Positions 62,719 to 64,000 of a stretch of 64,000 nucleotides of DNA are shown one piece after another. Made by a program: the position numbers and the translations under genes. Every line of letters starts with the position of its first letter. Within the stretch, counting starts at the first letter, position 1. The notes below the pieces were generated by a model that saw only the letters and a program-made list of their open reading frames with translations, was not told the DNA's origin and did not search any database. Source of the DNA: Chloroflexota bacterium (GTDB lineage Bacteria; Chloroflexota; Anaerolineae; B4-G1; DUEL01); NCBI GenBank assembly GCA_014874475.1, contig JADBJJ010000008.1, forward strand, positions 893-64,892. Reading direction: 5' to 3'.

Positions 62719-62894
62719 GATGCCCCCCCTGCAAATAAACGATTAGCGTTGGCTATTTTCCAACTTTGCTGCGCGGGTTCCGGTGGCCGTTGGGGACGAT
62801 GGACTTGGGAATGCAGACCCATCCGACCATCGTCCGAGATAGAGAATTGACCCGTTTCACCACCCGCCCAGCGACCTGAGAGCCCCTATATTAT

Positions 62895-63326
62895 CTATTT
62901 CTTCAATGGACTGGGCCCCAACTCTTTCACCCGCTCCGTCATCTTTCGCGCCGCATCGGCGAAGGTGGCGCCCATACCGCCGGAAACGAAGACCATTTCC
63001 AGTCGGTCCCCCCCGATGCCGATTTTATCCAGCAGCGACTTGGCGTACTTCACCCGTGCCAGAGCACGCTCGTTGCCATGCACGTGGTGGCAGTTCCCCA
63101 GCGGGCAGGCGACAATGTAGACCCCATCGGCCCCTTTCTCAAAGGCCTCCAGAATGTAGCGGACATCGGCTTTGCCGGTGCAGGGCAGCCGCACCAGCCG
63201 AACGTTGGATGGATACTTCAGCCGGAGCGCCCCGGCCGTATCCGCCGCCATATAACCACAGTAGATGCAGGTAAACGCCACAATCTCCGGCACGAACTCC
63301 TCGTGCCCGTTATCTTTGATGCTCAT
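62895..63326 (-). CDS. mvhD: MvhD/FlpD-like protein, Cys form
   Basis: 143 aa. IVAFTCIYCGYMAAD, LPCTGK, VACPLGNCHHVHGN. Starts 25 nt after the upstream hdrA stop. Confidence 0.85.
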   Translation of the reverse strand: MSIKDNGHEEFVPEIVAFTCIYCGYMAADTAGALRLKYPSNVRLVRLPCTGKADVRYILEAFEKGADGVYIVACPLGNCHHVHGNERALARVKYAKSLLDKIGIGGDRLEMVFVSGGMGATFADAARKMTERVKELGPSPLKK

Positions 63327-63351
63327 AGCCCCTCCGGTCTACCCCCTCCAT

Positions 63352-64000
63352 CTACAAAACCTGCGCCAGCACCTGCTCGTCCTTATACGCCAGCAACTGG
63401 ATAGCCTTCGCCGGGCACTCCGCCGTGCAGGTCCCGCAGCCCTGGCAGAGCGCGGGGTCAATATACGCCGCGCCCTGGATGCCGCCCACACCGACATCTG
63501 TGTAGCGCACCTTTGGAATCCCGAACGGGCAGGCCCGGACGCAGGTCAGGCAGCCCACACACTTGGACTGGTCCACCTGGGCCACCACGCCGCCGATGTA
63601 GAACCTGTCCTTCGTCAGGACGGTCAGCGCCCGGCCCGCCACCGCCTGCGCGTTGGCAATGCACTCCTCAATGAACTTGGGATAGTGCGCCATCCCGCAG
63701 ACGAAAATTCCCTCCGCGACGAAGTCCATCGGCCGCATCTTCAGGTGAGCCTCCATAAAGAAGCCCTCCTGCGAGAGCGGCACATCCAGGATGCGGGCCA
63801 GCCGCTCCGTCCCTTCCGACGGCAAAACGGCCATGCTCAGCGCGACCAGGTTCGGGTAGAATGGCACCTCCCGCCGAAGCGACGGGTCCCAGGCCACCAG
63901 TTCCAGTTGCGGCCCGACGGAGCGGATGGTGGGCATATGCTCCTCATCGTAGCGCATAAAGATGACCCCGCGCCGTCGCGCTTCGGTGTAGACTGCCTCC
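63352..64000 (-). CDS. hdrA: HdrA-like protein, C-terminal part (5' end outside the window)
   Basis: Open to the window edge. FFMEAHLKMRPMDFVAEGIFVCGMAHYPKFIEECIANAQ, CVGCLTCVRACP and CQGCGTCTAECP closely parallel the C-terminus of the 1496-aa protein. Confidence 0.85.
   Translation of the reverse strand, partial: EAVYTEARRRGVIFMRYDEEHMPTIRSVGPQLELVAWDPSLRREVPFYPNLVALSMAVLPSEGTERLARILDVPLSQEGFFMEAHLKMRPMDFVAEGIFVCGMAHYPKFIEECIANAQAVAGRALTVLTKDRFYIGGVVAQVDQSKCVGCLTCVRACPFGIPKVRYTDVGVGGIQGAAYIDPALCQGCGTCTAECPAKAIQLLAYKDEQVLAQVL

Overview
GC-rich bacterial chromosomal segment, densely coded, with SD-like GGAGG sites and several near-consensus sigma-70 promoters. All domain calls come from reading motifs in the supplied translations. 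No homology search, fold or GC calculation was run. Phylum is a guess: the giant DUF11-repeat surface protein, Pro/Thr-rich linkers, LPXTG anchor and many gene fusions suggest a Chloroflexota-like monoderm.

Most of the window is housekeeping: prfA, sucCD, an acyl-CoA carboxyltransferase, ftsY, rocD, radA, purB, thiI, a CCA-adding enzyme, tRNA-Asn, a BMP-type ABC importer, and an ABC-2 exporter with a GT2 synthase.

The most interesting block is the minus-strand redox cluster from 53.7 kb to the window end. Gene order is hdrA(partial)-mvhD(Cys), then a 1496-aa HdrA/GltD-like/HdrA fusion (HdrL-like), an unknown ORF, mvhD, metV, metF and an hdrC/B fusion. It resembles the Moorella-type HdrABC-MvhD-MetFV methylene-THF reductase locus.

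In the second mvhD, the ORF track stops at an in-frame TGA (57119-57121). That TGA aligns with a conserved Cys of the neighbouring paralog, is followed by about 77 further MvhD-like codons in frame, and has a stem-loop starting 6 nt downstream. I read it as a selenocysteine codon with a bacterial SECIS element.

Other items worth a second look:
- a BMP substrate-binding domain fused N-terminally to its permease with no signal peptide
- an SNF2/DUF3883 helicase overlapping a PD-(D/E)xK-like ORF at the window edge
- a decayed MNT/HEPN toxin-antitoxin pair
- a wHTH plus membrane-protein two-gene cassette
- a surface-protein locus with in-frame tandem repeats
- an orphan histidine kinase coupled to secreted repeat proteins

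The many very long antisense ORFs are GC-driven shadows and were rejected.
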